A stretch of 61,992 bases of DNA, the filler included, from Blastocystis sp. subtype 4 (taxonomy: Eukaryota), in assembly GCF_000743755.1 (NCBI RefSeq). It is 3 parts of 3 records of this genome, joined end to end, with 100 filler letters (N's around TTAATTAATTAA, not from the genome) between each part and the next. Parts side by side here need not be neighbours in the genome. Positions count along the whole stretch, not along the records: positions 1 to 20,783 come from NW_014569353.1; 2 more parts are not named here. One strand, written 5' to 3'. Numbering within the stretch: position 1 is the first letter of the stretch; each line of letters opens with the position of its first letter. Both the position numbers and the translations under genes were made by a program. Below the pieces are notes generated by a model. It was given only the letters and a program-made list of their open reading frames with translations, was not told the DNA's origin and searched no databases. Positions 1 to 11,622 of this stretch are shown piece by piece.

Positions 1-529
1 TCTTAGCCTCCATAGCAGCAGCGGCCTCGTCATCCTCATCATCGTCATCGTCTCCGAACAGATCCTCTTCCTCCTCTTCCTCTTCCTTCTTCTCCTCCTT
101 CTTCTCCTCAGCCTTGGGGGCCTCAGCACAATCGAACACAATCACAGAAGAGACAACGTAAGAGCAAAGGCACTCACAATACTCCCAAATACGAGTAACA
201 CTCACCTTCTTTCCCTCCACGACAGCAGTTCCGTTCTCAACAGCTCCAACCTTGGTCAGCTCAAAGGTAGAGTCGGTAATGGTCATCTCAGCGTAGGGCT
301 TAGCAGAGCAGCACTATCGATTAAAGACCATGATCAGACATACGCAAGCGGGCTTTCCGTTGATCACGAAGGTGGTGAGGCAGTTGTACTTCACATTAGC
401 AGCAAGCTCCTTAATCGTGTCCTAAAAATGATTTACAACCAGAAAAGCAACAATGACGGTAGGAATGGGCTTGCCAGCAAGGCATCTCACAGAATAAACA
501 GCAGTCTTGCAAATCTCAAAACGCTCCAT
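1..529 (-). CDS. EEF1B: Translation elongation factor 1-beta/delta, 5' part; runs off the window start; spliced
   Basis: Spliced translation MERFEICKTAVYSVRCLAGKPIP...EEEEEEDLFGDDDDDEDDEAAAAMEAK. The acidic DLFG(D/E)n motif is typical of EF1B, and codon bias looks like a highly expressed gene. Confidence 0.8.
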
Positions 530-741
530 GGAGTATCTACAGCATCATCTCCAATTAAGAAAACAAACAAGGCGATAGAAAATGTGGTGGAGAGATATGT
601 GCGTTAAGAGGACTATTGTTTTGGCATCAACTGTGCAACGACAACATGTTGATTCATGACTTGGAAAGGTGATTCCTTGTAGTGTCCCTTGCAAATAACA
701 AACAACACATCCACTTGAACAACTACATATAGAATACATAA

Positions 742-1216
742 CTACTCATAATCATCTTCTCCATAGACAGATTTTTTCTTGTGACTCCGTTTGGTCTTGT
801 GTGTGGGAGAGCTATCGCCTGATCTAGGTGATGACCAATCAGTAATCCCTACGCCACAGAACGCACATCATCATCCATAGGAAGACTCATTGCAGGCGAA
901 TTGTGCGATGATAGCGAGAAAACACGATCATCTCGAGAAACCGTTGGTCGCCGAGTCATTCCTTGAGATCTATAAATCAGTATTGACACATAGCAAGCAA
1001 CCGTTCAACAAACCCATCAAATCCCTTGATCACATTCCAAGTGGGGCATTCGTCTTGCAGATATTGTGTTTCAAGTGTAAATATTTGAGTTTCGAGCTTT
1101 TTCAATGCGTCTGCTACAGCACTACAGAATCACTTTGTTCCAACGAATGATCACTTTGATTCCCGAACCAGCATTTTCAATTGATCCTGGTCACTCTTGT
1201 ATGCCTTTTCCTCCAT
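742..1216 (-). CDS. EAF6: Chromatin modification-related protein EAF6/MEAF6 (NuA4 subunit), spliced
   Basis: LKKLETQIFTLETQYLQDE..WNVIKGFDGF and DRVFSLSS match Eaf6 signature motifs. Confidence 0.8.
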
Positions 1217-1443
1217 GTTCAAGGAAAAATAAACAAACAGAAAAGAACACACATACTACACTAATTCTCACCCCGATACCACCTAGATTTGCTAGTTAGT
1301 TCAAAAGCATTTGGTGAATACAATTCGCCTTGAGTCATTGTTTTGGTTGCTGCAGCCTTGCCGATAGATTTCATATTATTTACAAACGGGTCATCAACAG
1401 AAACACGAGAATAGAAACTAATCATCACAAATCCTCATATTTC

Positions 1444-1740
1444 CTACCGACACTTTCGTTGAATGAAATCTTTCACAACAAGGATTAAATACACAGTAAC
1501 TGCAAACCCCCCAATTCCAAGAAGAATTGGAATATAGGGAATATCACGATGACAAATTTCGCACCGACTGCCCTCACAGTTGGGAGTACAAATGCATCGA
1601 CCCGTATCAGGTGAACAAGAACCTCCATTCAAACACGCAGAAGTACATGAGACGGGTTCTATAGTTTCTAACGGAAATGTAGTTGATTACCTTGGGCGAT
1701 TGACAGAGTAAAGGCAAATAGAAAGAGAATAGGATATATG
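1444..1740 (-). CDS. Small EGF-like domain single-pass membrane protein; start uncertain
   Basis: CTSACLNGGSCSPDTGRCICTPNCEGSRCE has EGF Cys spacing. It is followed by hydrophobic IPILLGIGGFAVTVYLILVV and a basic tail; a signal-like exon lies upstream of a ~32-nt intron. Confidence 0.65.
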
Positions 1741-2111
1741 GTTTTTCTCACCGTCCAATAGTAACCAAAAGAGAAGTGGGAAAAAACACCTAAAGGATAA
1801 CTCATAAGGAAAAATGGAGAGAAGATAGTTTCTTGTTTATTCAGGAATTACTCACGTTAATAATCTCACTTAGTTTGTAGTTGATAATCGAATCATTACC
1901 GGGTCGATTTCGGATAAGCACATACATAGATTCTTGTTATGAATGTAACCAAACCAATTATGATTGGCCTTTGGCGATTTATTCTTTTTGTTCTCCTTTT
2001 TCAAAGATCGTTTTCGTTGAAATTCGCATTTAGGAGAGATTGGAAGAGTCTTCTTTCCTATCATTCATTGAATCCTATTAGAGGACTTTCCTCCTCTGTA
2101 AAATGTAATTA

Positions 2112-3055
2112 ATGAAAAGAAATTGTTATTGTAGACTGTGGTGAGTATTTCACCGAATATGAAGAGAATGACAATAGTGATGTTGTAGCAATGATATAAT
2201 TAATAGAAGTTAGTCTAACATATGTGTTTTATGCGAAAACTGCTGAGAAACCAAAATCGTTTCTGCGAAGACAGATTCCTACTCAGATCCTAGTTAACGT
2301 CACTGGAAATACAGTAGATGAACTTCTGAATCTACACTATGAAGAGACGTAACCGGTTGTTATTTGTTCTTACTTATAGAAATTCCGTTATTGAATGGGG
2401 AGGTACTATTGTTTCAATTGATTGATCGTAGACCTCGTACAGTATTCGGTGGATTCCATTTCGGTGCTTTTTCATTCTCAAGAAGAACTCTCACATTATC
2501 AGTGTCAGTTATCGACCCCTTTACAACAACTGGTTTCTGTAAATCATTTACAGTGTTCTGAAGAAAATATCCAGTTCTTGAAGAGTCGTGTTGGGGAGGT
2601 GGATAATGTTCCAATGATATTTTGTAGTTTCTAGGTGTTCGGTTGACAAATAGCTGAAACCTCCGTTACAGTACTTACCTTCAACCATTCTCTTGTTCTT
2701 AACTCTGTTAGTCGTTCTGGTAAGATTTCTTCTGGTTACTGATGATGCAGGGTGTTCTGATGACTTGCTTTCCGTGTTTGGCGTACTTTTAACATTTGTT
2801 CTGATCGTTGCTTTTATTTTCTTAATGATTTTTGCATATTCGAACAAGAAGAAATCAAAGTATATTGGTAATGGAATCGATGTCAATGATATCAAACATA
2901 TATCCAAACCCTTCTCCTCGGGAATCAATCCATATTCAAAGAAACTCGACATAGTTACTGATGTACCCCCTACTGAACCCAAAGTGACAACTGTCGAGAT
3001 TCCTACCATTACGATTCTTCATCATGGAACTCGAAGTAGTTTTTTCATTATGTAA
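2112..3055 (+). CDS. Hypothetical single-pass membrane protein, multi-exon; 5' end uncertain
   Basis: Last exon ORF 2693-3055 has TM VFGVLLTFVLIVAFIFLMIFAY followed by SNKKKSK. The stop is followed by TGTTTGTA at 3072. Confidence 0.5.
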
Positions 3056-3071
3056 GATCTGTTTAGTCCTG

Positions 3072-3085
3072 TGTTTGTACAAACA
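3072..3085. terminator. Palindromic bidirectional 3'-end element TGTTTGTACAAACA
   Basis: Perfect 14-bp palindrome reading TGTTTGTA on both strands, between two convergent genes. Confidence 0.7.
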
Positions 3086-3089
3086 AGAG

Positions 3090-6000
3090 AGAGGTCATTC
3101 ATATCAAGGATTTCCTTCTTCATTTCATTAGCTGTAGCACTCATCATTGATGCTACACGCATTTGCTCTTCACGACTACATCTAAGGAACTTCTCACACA
3201 CATTTCCATCAATCACTCCCTATGGTAATACATCTCATCTTGGTCCTACAATCGATGGCAAGTAATAGCTTCGATAATCATCTACAATTCTACAGACCAA
3301 AGAAGCATCATTCATCATATGAGATTCTAACTCCAACAACGCCTCCACTTTCTTCACATTATCAATTGGTGACAATGCACCAATTTCACCTGTGATTGTG
3401 GCATACATCAGAATGTCCGTATTCTTCGAGAATCGTTGGACAAACAATGACGTTACCACTGAACCCATATACATACTAGCAATAGTGGACATCTACAGAT
3501 CATCTCATACTCCTCCTCTCACCGCATGACCATTTTTCGACCGATTATCACTATCCGAAATATTCAAAGATAAGATGAGTTCATGAATCTACATGAAACG
3601 CCTTAATTATCATTACATCAAACATACTGCGAAGAATAATAAGATTCCCGTACTTGTCGGCGACTGCCATTGTAATATCATCCAGAACCACAGATCGCAT
3701 GATTGAACGATGTGTAAAATGTCGAAGAACCAAACAAGGCTGGAATTTTGGAGTTAAGAAATAGAAGGAAATAACACCAGTATTATCAGTAAGGTAAATA
3801 CGATTGTGAACCACATGAAGAGTAGTAATGAAGGAATCTGTACACTATGAATAACCAACATATGAATAAACAAACCTTGGTTTGAGCAATAAGAATTAAG
3901 CCTTGTTCATTAACTTCATAAATACGTAAAATAAACCCAATAATTACACAAAGATGATTCTCATCAAGAACTGCAACTTCATGTACCTTATTAGGCATTT
4001 GAACGTCCCATAAATGAATTAGAGGCTTATCACTATTTCCTGCTATGAATCATTATTTCTATTCATTCTTTACTAAGACGATTCGTTAAATCTCGTTGAT
4101 ACAGACATAGTCGATAGTGCGTTTCACTTACACAACCAACCACGACCCAATCACGAACTAATCCTTCTTCTGCTTTTCTATTGAATACACAGCAAGCACT
4201 TACGAATTCATTCTCAGAACACAAACCATGTAATGATTCACTCAATACTGTGTTAAACTCATTCAATGCAAAGATTGACCAGGAATTTTGTATTCCAAAA
4301 TCCTTACTGAAATCGTGTGAAATCACCATTACTTTCCCTTGAGGCAGTGAAATCATACGATGACCTGTTGCATTCATACTCACAGACTTAAGAGAGATAG
4401 CCCCACTTGCTTGACCCAACGTAACTACAATCAAATCTTCTCCTTGCCACATCACTGTGAGTTCCATTTGTTGCATGTGATACACAAAGAGATTGCCTAG
4501 GAAGCGTTGAGAAGCACGCTTGAATCGATCATGAATTGATTCTTTCACAACGAAGAATAAAGGATGAATCTCGAAGGGATTCGATCGGTAGATGATATTA
4601 TATGAAGAGATCGAAGAAACGACAATCGCGGGAATTCCATGTAATATGACAGGTGAACAGAATAACCGATATTTATCAAGCTGTTTGGAATAAATAGTGC
4701 TGAAATCCCCTGATTCTTCATTTAACGCGATATAATAGATCATTCCAGAATCACCGCCAACGATGAGACATTCATCACTGGATGAAGTTGGATACTTTTG
4801 TTCCTGTAACACACAGAAGGAATAGATGAAACGAGGAATACTATTAAGGAGAATCGGAGTTCGATCTTCGAGGACATTGCGATTTACTGAACATACGATC
4901 ACAGATCGATCGATGGTTCCAATCAGAATACTCTGTTTATACTCTAACACACATGTGATTTCCGATTTCATCAACTTTTTCTCCAATTCCATAAATCGGT
5001 CCGTACTTTGCACTTCATCGTACTGTAGACAGATCACTTCCTTTGCATCCGTAGCAACCACAATATACTCAGTTCCAATCCAGGATGTCGTGATAGAAGT
5101 TCCAGAAGGAGCCTCCCACATCGCAATCACATTATCCAATGTAGTTAGTAGAACCTTGTGTACTGTGACTTGAACATATACCCGATGATATACACCACAA
5201 TTGAGGGTACGTTCTTGATCAATGAGTTTGGTTGAGGCAATTTTGAATTTCAATTCTTCATTCACAAACATCACGTGTGATTTGGTTGGATGAGACATAA
5301 TGCATACGGCATCCACTGAAGGACGATCCAGTGACGGTAGGGAGAAGAATCCTGTGATCTCCGTCTTGAATGTTTGGACAAAATTGTCTACAGAACAGGA
5401 GAAACCAGATCGAATGGAAGTAACCAGTGAAGATGAGCCTCGACCATGAATAGCCAGATAAGCTGGACAGCCTGTGGTGGCAATTGGAGTCATATTAACA
5501 CATTCGGAGAGAGAGGAAGGGATTTTAATGTAACGATCTCGAGGTACATCTGTAGTTCCAATTGTACTGAATGGGATCGAGAAGCTGTGATTGAGAGAAT
5601 GAGATCAATTGTACTTGGGACCTGACTCACTGAAGATATAGAGATGAGTGGAGTCAGCAGCAAGAGCACAAGCAACCAGCGAATTAGCGAGTGGGAATGC
5701 AATCGGACGTAAGGCAGTGCCATTGAATGGTAGATAGAATACATCACCTCGATCATCAGCAAAGATGAAAGACGAAGCTTCCTTTACAACTGCTGTAACA
5801 ATTGCCTTATTTTGATCAGAAGCACTGAATGAATAATTCATCATATGTTTGGAGATCAAATCGACATGAGTGATGTGACCTTCGCAACACAGCAATAGAC
5901 TGGATTCATCTGAAAATTACGATTCTTTTGTAATGGTACGTGAAATGATATGATTGCACATGAAAGATGGATTGCTGGAGAAATCAAGTCCATCATTCAG

Positions 6001-6714
6001 ATCGGTAATAGCAGACGACGAAACTGCATATTTGTGAACAATTTTGGCTTTTGTTGAGAGGGAACATTCTAGAAGAAAGAGAGTGTCATCGGCACTCCAT
6101 GTTATATCATACACAAGTCGATTCGATGCAGAATAGGAGAACGGAGGACATAGCGATATCGAAATCACTCCTGTAGCTTCATCCACTGTATGTTGAAGAG
6201 GAAAAACGAGAAAGCAACAACTCACCGCACCTAGTCTAAGAAGCACAATAAAATATGCTACATGTTGCAATAAATGTGGAATGATTATTGACAACGAGAT
6301 ACTGACCTGGAACATCGTAAATGCATCCTGGACGACCAAATTGATATTCTGCTATGCGTTTGAAGTTATTACAAGTAGTGTCATATTCCAGAATACAAAG
6401 ATAACCACTATCCGAAGTGATAGCAAGGAAATCCTTCCAGTAATCTTTTCATGATTTAAACAGACAATTTGGTACCACTGAAGTGAATGGTGGCAATGTT
6501 CCTGCCCGTTGCAAAGAGATCGCTATTGACTACAAGTTCCATCTTTCCCTCCACTAAATCGAAGAGAGAAAGCACGCTTCCGCGAAGAATGACGAGTTGC
6601 GTTCCATTCGATCTAAGAAAGCGTCCTGGGGAATGAATTCCACTTCTATGCCATACCTGTGATGACCTTATTCACGTTCAACCCTCTTGAGATGGTTTTT
6701 CGATACAGATACAT
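3090..6714 (-). CDS. SF3B3: Splicing factor 3B subunit 3 (SAP130/Rse1)-like, multi-exon; stop probably created by polyadenylation at 3090 (genomic stop at 3022)
   Basis: N-terminus MYLYRKTISRG...GRF...QLVILRGSVL. C-terminal motifs AVADKYGNL, ATITGEIGALSP, YRSYYLP and IDGNVCEKF. Confidence 0.8.
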
Positions 6715-6749
6715 CGCCGTTCACGTTGTATTGAATAAAACAAACATGA

Positions 6750-7443
6750 CAAAAACAGACTCGATTTTGGATACAGATAGATTCTTGATGATATTGTCAA
6801 TTCCTATTCCCACAGCCATTAGAATGACTTTGGAAGAAATGGGAGTTATGCAGAGAAGAGAGTTGTCAATGCCTGACAAGTGTTACAGACACTATTCTTG
6901 AGATTTGTAAAATCATTTATGATGGATTCAGGAAGGTTTTGAGTTTCGTTATTTGAATTGGTTTTTTCGTCATCCAGAAATTCATGCAGAGAACGGTGCA
7001 TCTGACATGCTGAAATTCGGATTCGCTTGAGAATTCCGATCCCTTTCAATTGATGTAGACACTGTCTCATTTGATCAATCTACGTTTACACCACTTCTAC
7101 AAAGCCCTACATCCTGTGGGAAATGATTCAAGGCAATTTCCAGAGAGTCCAGATTGTGTAGACATTCATCCATTATCGCTTTTAACAGGATTCGAATTTC
7201 GTGATCTCTTTGCCAACCTCTTCCTCCAAGCTCCTATTCTCTCAGTCCTTATGCATTGCTTGCTATCAATTCGGACATGTCCAACAGTTCCACAGAGTCA
7301 CAGTTACTCATATGTTGATTTTGAGCAAAACAGTTTCGGATTCGTGAAGAATATCCCTTTAGTTCTATTCCACTAGTATCATGCACTACCTCCGCATTTT
7401 CAACTAAGTTCTCTTTCGAAATAAGCACTGCGCCAACTACCAT
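6750..7443 (-). CDS. Hypothetical protein, multi-exon; 3' end approximate
   Basis: Consecutive minus-strand ORFs 7249-7443 and 6846-7070 with ~30-nt GT-AG gaps; TGTTTGTT at 6739-6746 (minus). Confidence 0.4.
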
Positions 7444-7529
7444 TATTCTTTTCTATTATTGTTGACAGTCCCTGTGGTTCGTGTCTTTGATCGCCTAAAC
7501 CTTATCGCTATTATTGTAACTGAGAAACA

Positions 7530-8158
7530 ATGCTGGCTGTGAACTTTGGTGACATTGGCTCTTCTCTAAAGAGAGATCAATGCCCTATTACTATGGAAGA
7601 AGATGATACAAGAAGTACTATCTGTTTTCTCTTTTATCAGGTTTAGACTATGATCCGTCTCCGATGCATATCAAGCGACGCAGAAGATTGTAAGCAGTTT
7701 TGTATACATTTTAGGGGTATAGATCGGATGAAGGATCTCCTATGATTGTTAATCGTATGCTGCAGCAACATGAGAGTGAATTGTACATATAGACAATTAG
7801 TTTAATCCATAGGAGAGAACTGAAGCTTTCTTTGGAAAAGAAGGATCGGGAACTTCGAGAGAAGCAGAGTCAGATTCAAATGCTTCAGAGTCAATTGGTT
7901 TGTTCTTTTCATCCTTTTTAGTTCTAGTCATCTTCTTCTTCCAAAATCCAGCAGTTTGATACTCTTGCAAAATCATTTTTGGAACAGAATGGAAAACTGA
8001 AGACAAAAGAAGAGGAAGTATCATCGTTGACTACGGTCATTCAAAGGTACGGCTGAAAGGGTGTTATTTTATGTAGATTACTTGCGGAAAATCTATCTTT
8101 GAAGAACCAACTGTTCCTGATTGATCGTCAGAGTATGACTAACATGTTTGATCCTTGA
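7530..8158 (+). CDS. Hypothetical protein with C-terminal coiled coil, multi-exon
   Basis: ATG 7530, several ~30-nt GT-AG introns, last exon LLAENLSLKNQLFLIDRQSMTNMFDP*. Confidence 0.45.
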
Positions 8159-8250
8159 GATTCTTTTTATTGTATCTTATTCTTGATTCTCTTGGTTTGT
8201 TTTTTGCACTCATTCCTATCAACAGGCGAAGATCATGTCACAAATTCCTC

Positions 8251-8998
8251 ATGGGTTGTACGTTCAGTTCAGATACGCTCCGTTCCCAATTACGACCTCC
8301 AAAGCCATGGAAGATGGACTTTACGAAATACGACAGGCAACTCAACGAGAATGATCTCGATGATCTTCGACTGGTAGGATTTGGATTCAACTAATCACTC
8401 CGAAATTCTGGGATGACTGCGTCACGAATAATCTAGAGATCTGGCAGGTCCTTCGGAAGTGTTGTGAAGCATGTTTGAAAGGTTTCTGTTACAACTTCTA
8501 TTCATTCATAGCTGACTACGAAACTGCCAACGAGATCTTTGTGGAGGCAAACCTACAGACTGTCAACCATGATCTCAGTGAAGTGATTGATTCAGAAGGA
8601 CAAGTTTACTCAATTGAAAAGTACTGTTACTCTAATCCCAGCAACCTCATGGTTGGTCACATCGAAGAAGAGACCTCTGTGGTAGCAGCTAGTCGAATGA
8701 CATATCATTTCCGTCTTCAAACCGTAGGTGTACTAAATCTATGATTCCACAGACTCTTATGGAGGAGCAAAAACAATTCGAACTTGTGTTGTCTCCTCAA
8801 GCCACAATTACAAGCATTATCACATCTATCAAGGAAATGATGAAAGAAAAACACGAAGTTGAGACGGTTAACTGTGTGAAGCTAATATACAGAGGTTTCG
8901 TGATGGAACCTGAGAAACAACTCGAAGATTACAACGTGAATCCCGAGTACGTGGTCTTAGCTATTGCTAGTTCATCTGTTTCCAAAGAAATAACATAG
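8251..8998 (+). CDS. UBTD: Ubiquitin domain-containing protein UBTD1/2 (DC-UbP)-like
   Basis: MGC N-terminus (acylation-type), LR.KFWD, EIWQVLRKCCEA, YSIEKYCYSNPSNL and a C-terminal ubiquitin-like domain (KLIYRGFVMEPEKQLEDYNV). Confidence 0.85.
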
Positions 8999-9852
8999 CC
9001 TTTCTTTTGATACTTTTCACATTCATTACAGGGACCCAGAAAACCGATTCCTTCCTTCTGAACCCGCTTCAATAGCTCAACTATTTCGTTTTGTTTCGCT
9101 ATTTCTGCACATTGAATACAATCTTCTCCCTACATTCCAATCAGTCTCAGTATCCTACTTCTCCATTCTTCATAGTCATATCAGCTCCATGTCGTAACAG
9201 AACACAAACAATCTCTTTGTGTCCCCTCCAACATGCGTTGTGAAGAGCTGTATATTTCGTTTGTGGATTAACGTGATTTATATCCAGTCCCTTATGGATA
9301 CACCGTAGGACTGACCGTAGAGAGTTCTTTCTGCAACCATTAAAGAAGGAATCATAGAGTTTCTACCTATCACTTTTCTCCAAATACTTCACATTATCGA
9401 ACTCTTGCTTCTTAATAATAGCATCATAGCTCTCTCCAGCTTTGGGTTCATTCTTCCTGTTTTTGACCTTCTCGATTTGCTCTTGATAATAGGACTCTTC
9501 TTCTTTCCATTGGTCATTTCCAGAAGCCATTACAACAATCCGTTGCATGACAGCTAGAACGGTTTCCATTATCAAGGGATCCTCTAAATATACATCAGAA
9601 ACCAGTGTACAAGCGTGTTTGTACCAACTCATTGAATGTTCCAAATAACACTATTCCTCACCCAATCGCAGAATAAACTACTAGAGAATAGTAAATATCT
9701 CCCAACCGTTTACAAGAACAAAATAATCCTCCAATATAGTCAATCTTCTGGGATTCCGAAAACGATGTTTCATAATAGGTAATTGCCGATTGCAAATCAC
9801 CAGAAATGACTTTTGCAGCAGCGATAGATAGGATATTCCGGATATCCTGCAT
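8972..9852 (-). CDS. TPR-like plus ankyrin-repeat protein, multi-exon
   Basis: N-terminal TPR-like helices (AITYYETS..RLGDIYYSL); ankyrin repeat GLDINHVNPQTKYTALHNACWRGHKEIVCVLLRHGAD. Confidence 0.7.
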
Positions 9853-9881
9853 TATCTAAGATAATTTTGCCAACAAACAGT

Positions 9882-11021
9882 TCATTCCGAGTTTCTTCCG
9901 TCATCGTGCTTTCCCGTAACACAACCAGGAACTTTCATAAAAGACTCAAAGTCAATGCACTTCTTCTGAGGACAGCAGCTCCAATACTTCTCTCCATCAT
10001 GGAATACAGGCGATCCCTTGTGATATCTGACTGACAATTCACACATAATTCTTACACGCATGATCCTTCCACATTCTCTTCTGGCTTGTACCACTTGTGA
10101 CAGCCGTTATGAAGACACTGAGCCTTTCCATCTATCCTCACACCCTATCTTCAGAACTACTCTTCATTAAAATCGGTTGAGCTTTTTGAGCAAGCATCTT
10201 CTCCACAGACTTCACAGCCGTTGGAGCATCTGGATTGCTCTGGTTGTATTCATCAATTGACTTTATTACAGGAGCAGCTGGAGTTGGTGAGGATGCATTT
10301 GCTCCACTCACAGCGGCATTAATAGCAGCTACAGTTGGGGAGGGAGCAAAAGACTGTGTCTTTTGTTCGCAACTGTGAGGACCCACAGTACATCCAGGAA
10401 TCTTATTGAACTCATCCCAATCATATACACGTCTATTATCAATACAAATGTACAATTGTACTTCTGGCAACACGACCATCCTTTTGAATTATCATGGAAT
10501 ACAGGAGGAGCTGTATGATAATGACAAGCAGTAGGATTATTCTCCTCTGGTCTGTACCACTGATAGCAACCGTAGTTCGTGCATCGAACCATTCCCGTAT
10601 GGTCCTCTTCCTCTTTCTTGGGCCTCTGTGGAGGTTCTCCTTGACATAAACCATTGCATAAAACAGTACCCAATTGGAACATGATAGTACCCATATTCTC
10701 GCATACATCCTCGATGATGTCATCATCGTATACAGGACTTCCACTAAATGTAACACTATCTACAAGGCGAATACAACACATAACAAGTTGTATTTTCTGG
10801 AGTAAAGGGAATGAGTGGATATTTCTTGTTGTAGGCATCACAGAACATCTATATGTCACTACCAATTCTGACATCCTACCTTCTTCACTTTTGAGATCGG
10901 ATAAGCGCTCCACGTCTTGTTAAGAGTCAACTTCAACATGAGGAATCCATCCTCGTCCTCTGGCTTCTTATATTGTAGAAAAACCCTAGATATGAAGAAT
11001 AGGATAGACTAGTGACTTCAT
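9882..11021 (-). CDS. CHORD-domain protein (two Cys/His-rich CHORDs, Rar1/CHORDC1-like) with N-terminal extension
   Basis: CTNYGC...CHYHTAPPVFHDNSKGWSCC and YHKGSPVFHDGEKYWSCCPQKKCIDFESFMKVPGCVTGKH. Confidence 0.9.
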
Positions 11022-11270
11022 TGTCCACACCTAACGAAAACTGAAGGAATCGAACATTCTTTTTTCTTTTTATTGTTCGTTTGCAAAATTGACTGCAGCC
11101 AGCAAAGTGGGATCTACTGGGATTTCGAGAAAGGGAACTCCTCTCGTGTTGGAACAACAAGCTCGTTCGTTGAAATTCTATCGGATGTTCACTGTATACC
11201 AACCAGAAATATTGAACCAAGTTTGTTCAAACAAAGCCACTACCATTTGTCAATCCATAAAGTACAATAA

Positions 11271-11622
11271 CTACTCCTCCGTAACCATGCTCACTGCTTT
11301 CTCGAACCGCTCCACAGCATTAGACTTTGTACGAGCAAATGTGATTCTCTATGCATAACACCAAATCAGTTTTAGATACCATAGGCTTTCCAAAGAAATT
11401 AAATCCTTGTAGTGAGTTCATCGCATCGGTAGCATTTTGGACGGTAACAAAAGAAATCCATGCTTGACCTTTCATTCGTTCGGTTTTTAAAGCAACTACG
11501 TCAAGAATTGTTCCAAACTGGGAAAACAGAAGATATAGTTCTTCCTTCAATTGCTCCTTCGGCAACTTGTCGTTGAGGTTATTCACATAAAGAGTTTGAA
11601 TTGCTTCCTCTGTAGATGCCAT
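11271..11622 (-). CDS. U1A/U2B''-family snRNP protein, single RRM, one intron
   Basis: TLYVNNLNDK...LYLLFSQFGTILDVVALKTERMKGQAWISF...GFNFFGKPM|RITFARTKSNAV. Confidence 0.9.

Noticed and set aside
1860..2100. Possible ncRNA in the longer intergenic stretch
   Set aside because: I found no tRNA, snRNA or rRNA signature and no convincing stem pattern by eye.
2548..3009. 153-aa minus-strand ORF
   Set aside because: Antisense to a + strand exon that has a convincing TM, basic stop-transfer sequence, stop codon and 3' motif.
6739..6760. Poly(A)-made stop for the hypothetical gene upstream of SF3B3
   Set aside because: A T is in register, but the frame that makes it codon-initial has an upstream TGA; I could not fix the last-exon frame.
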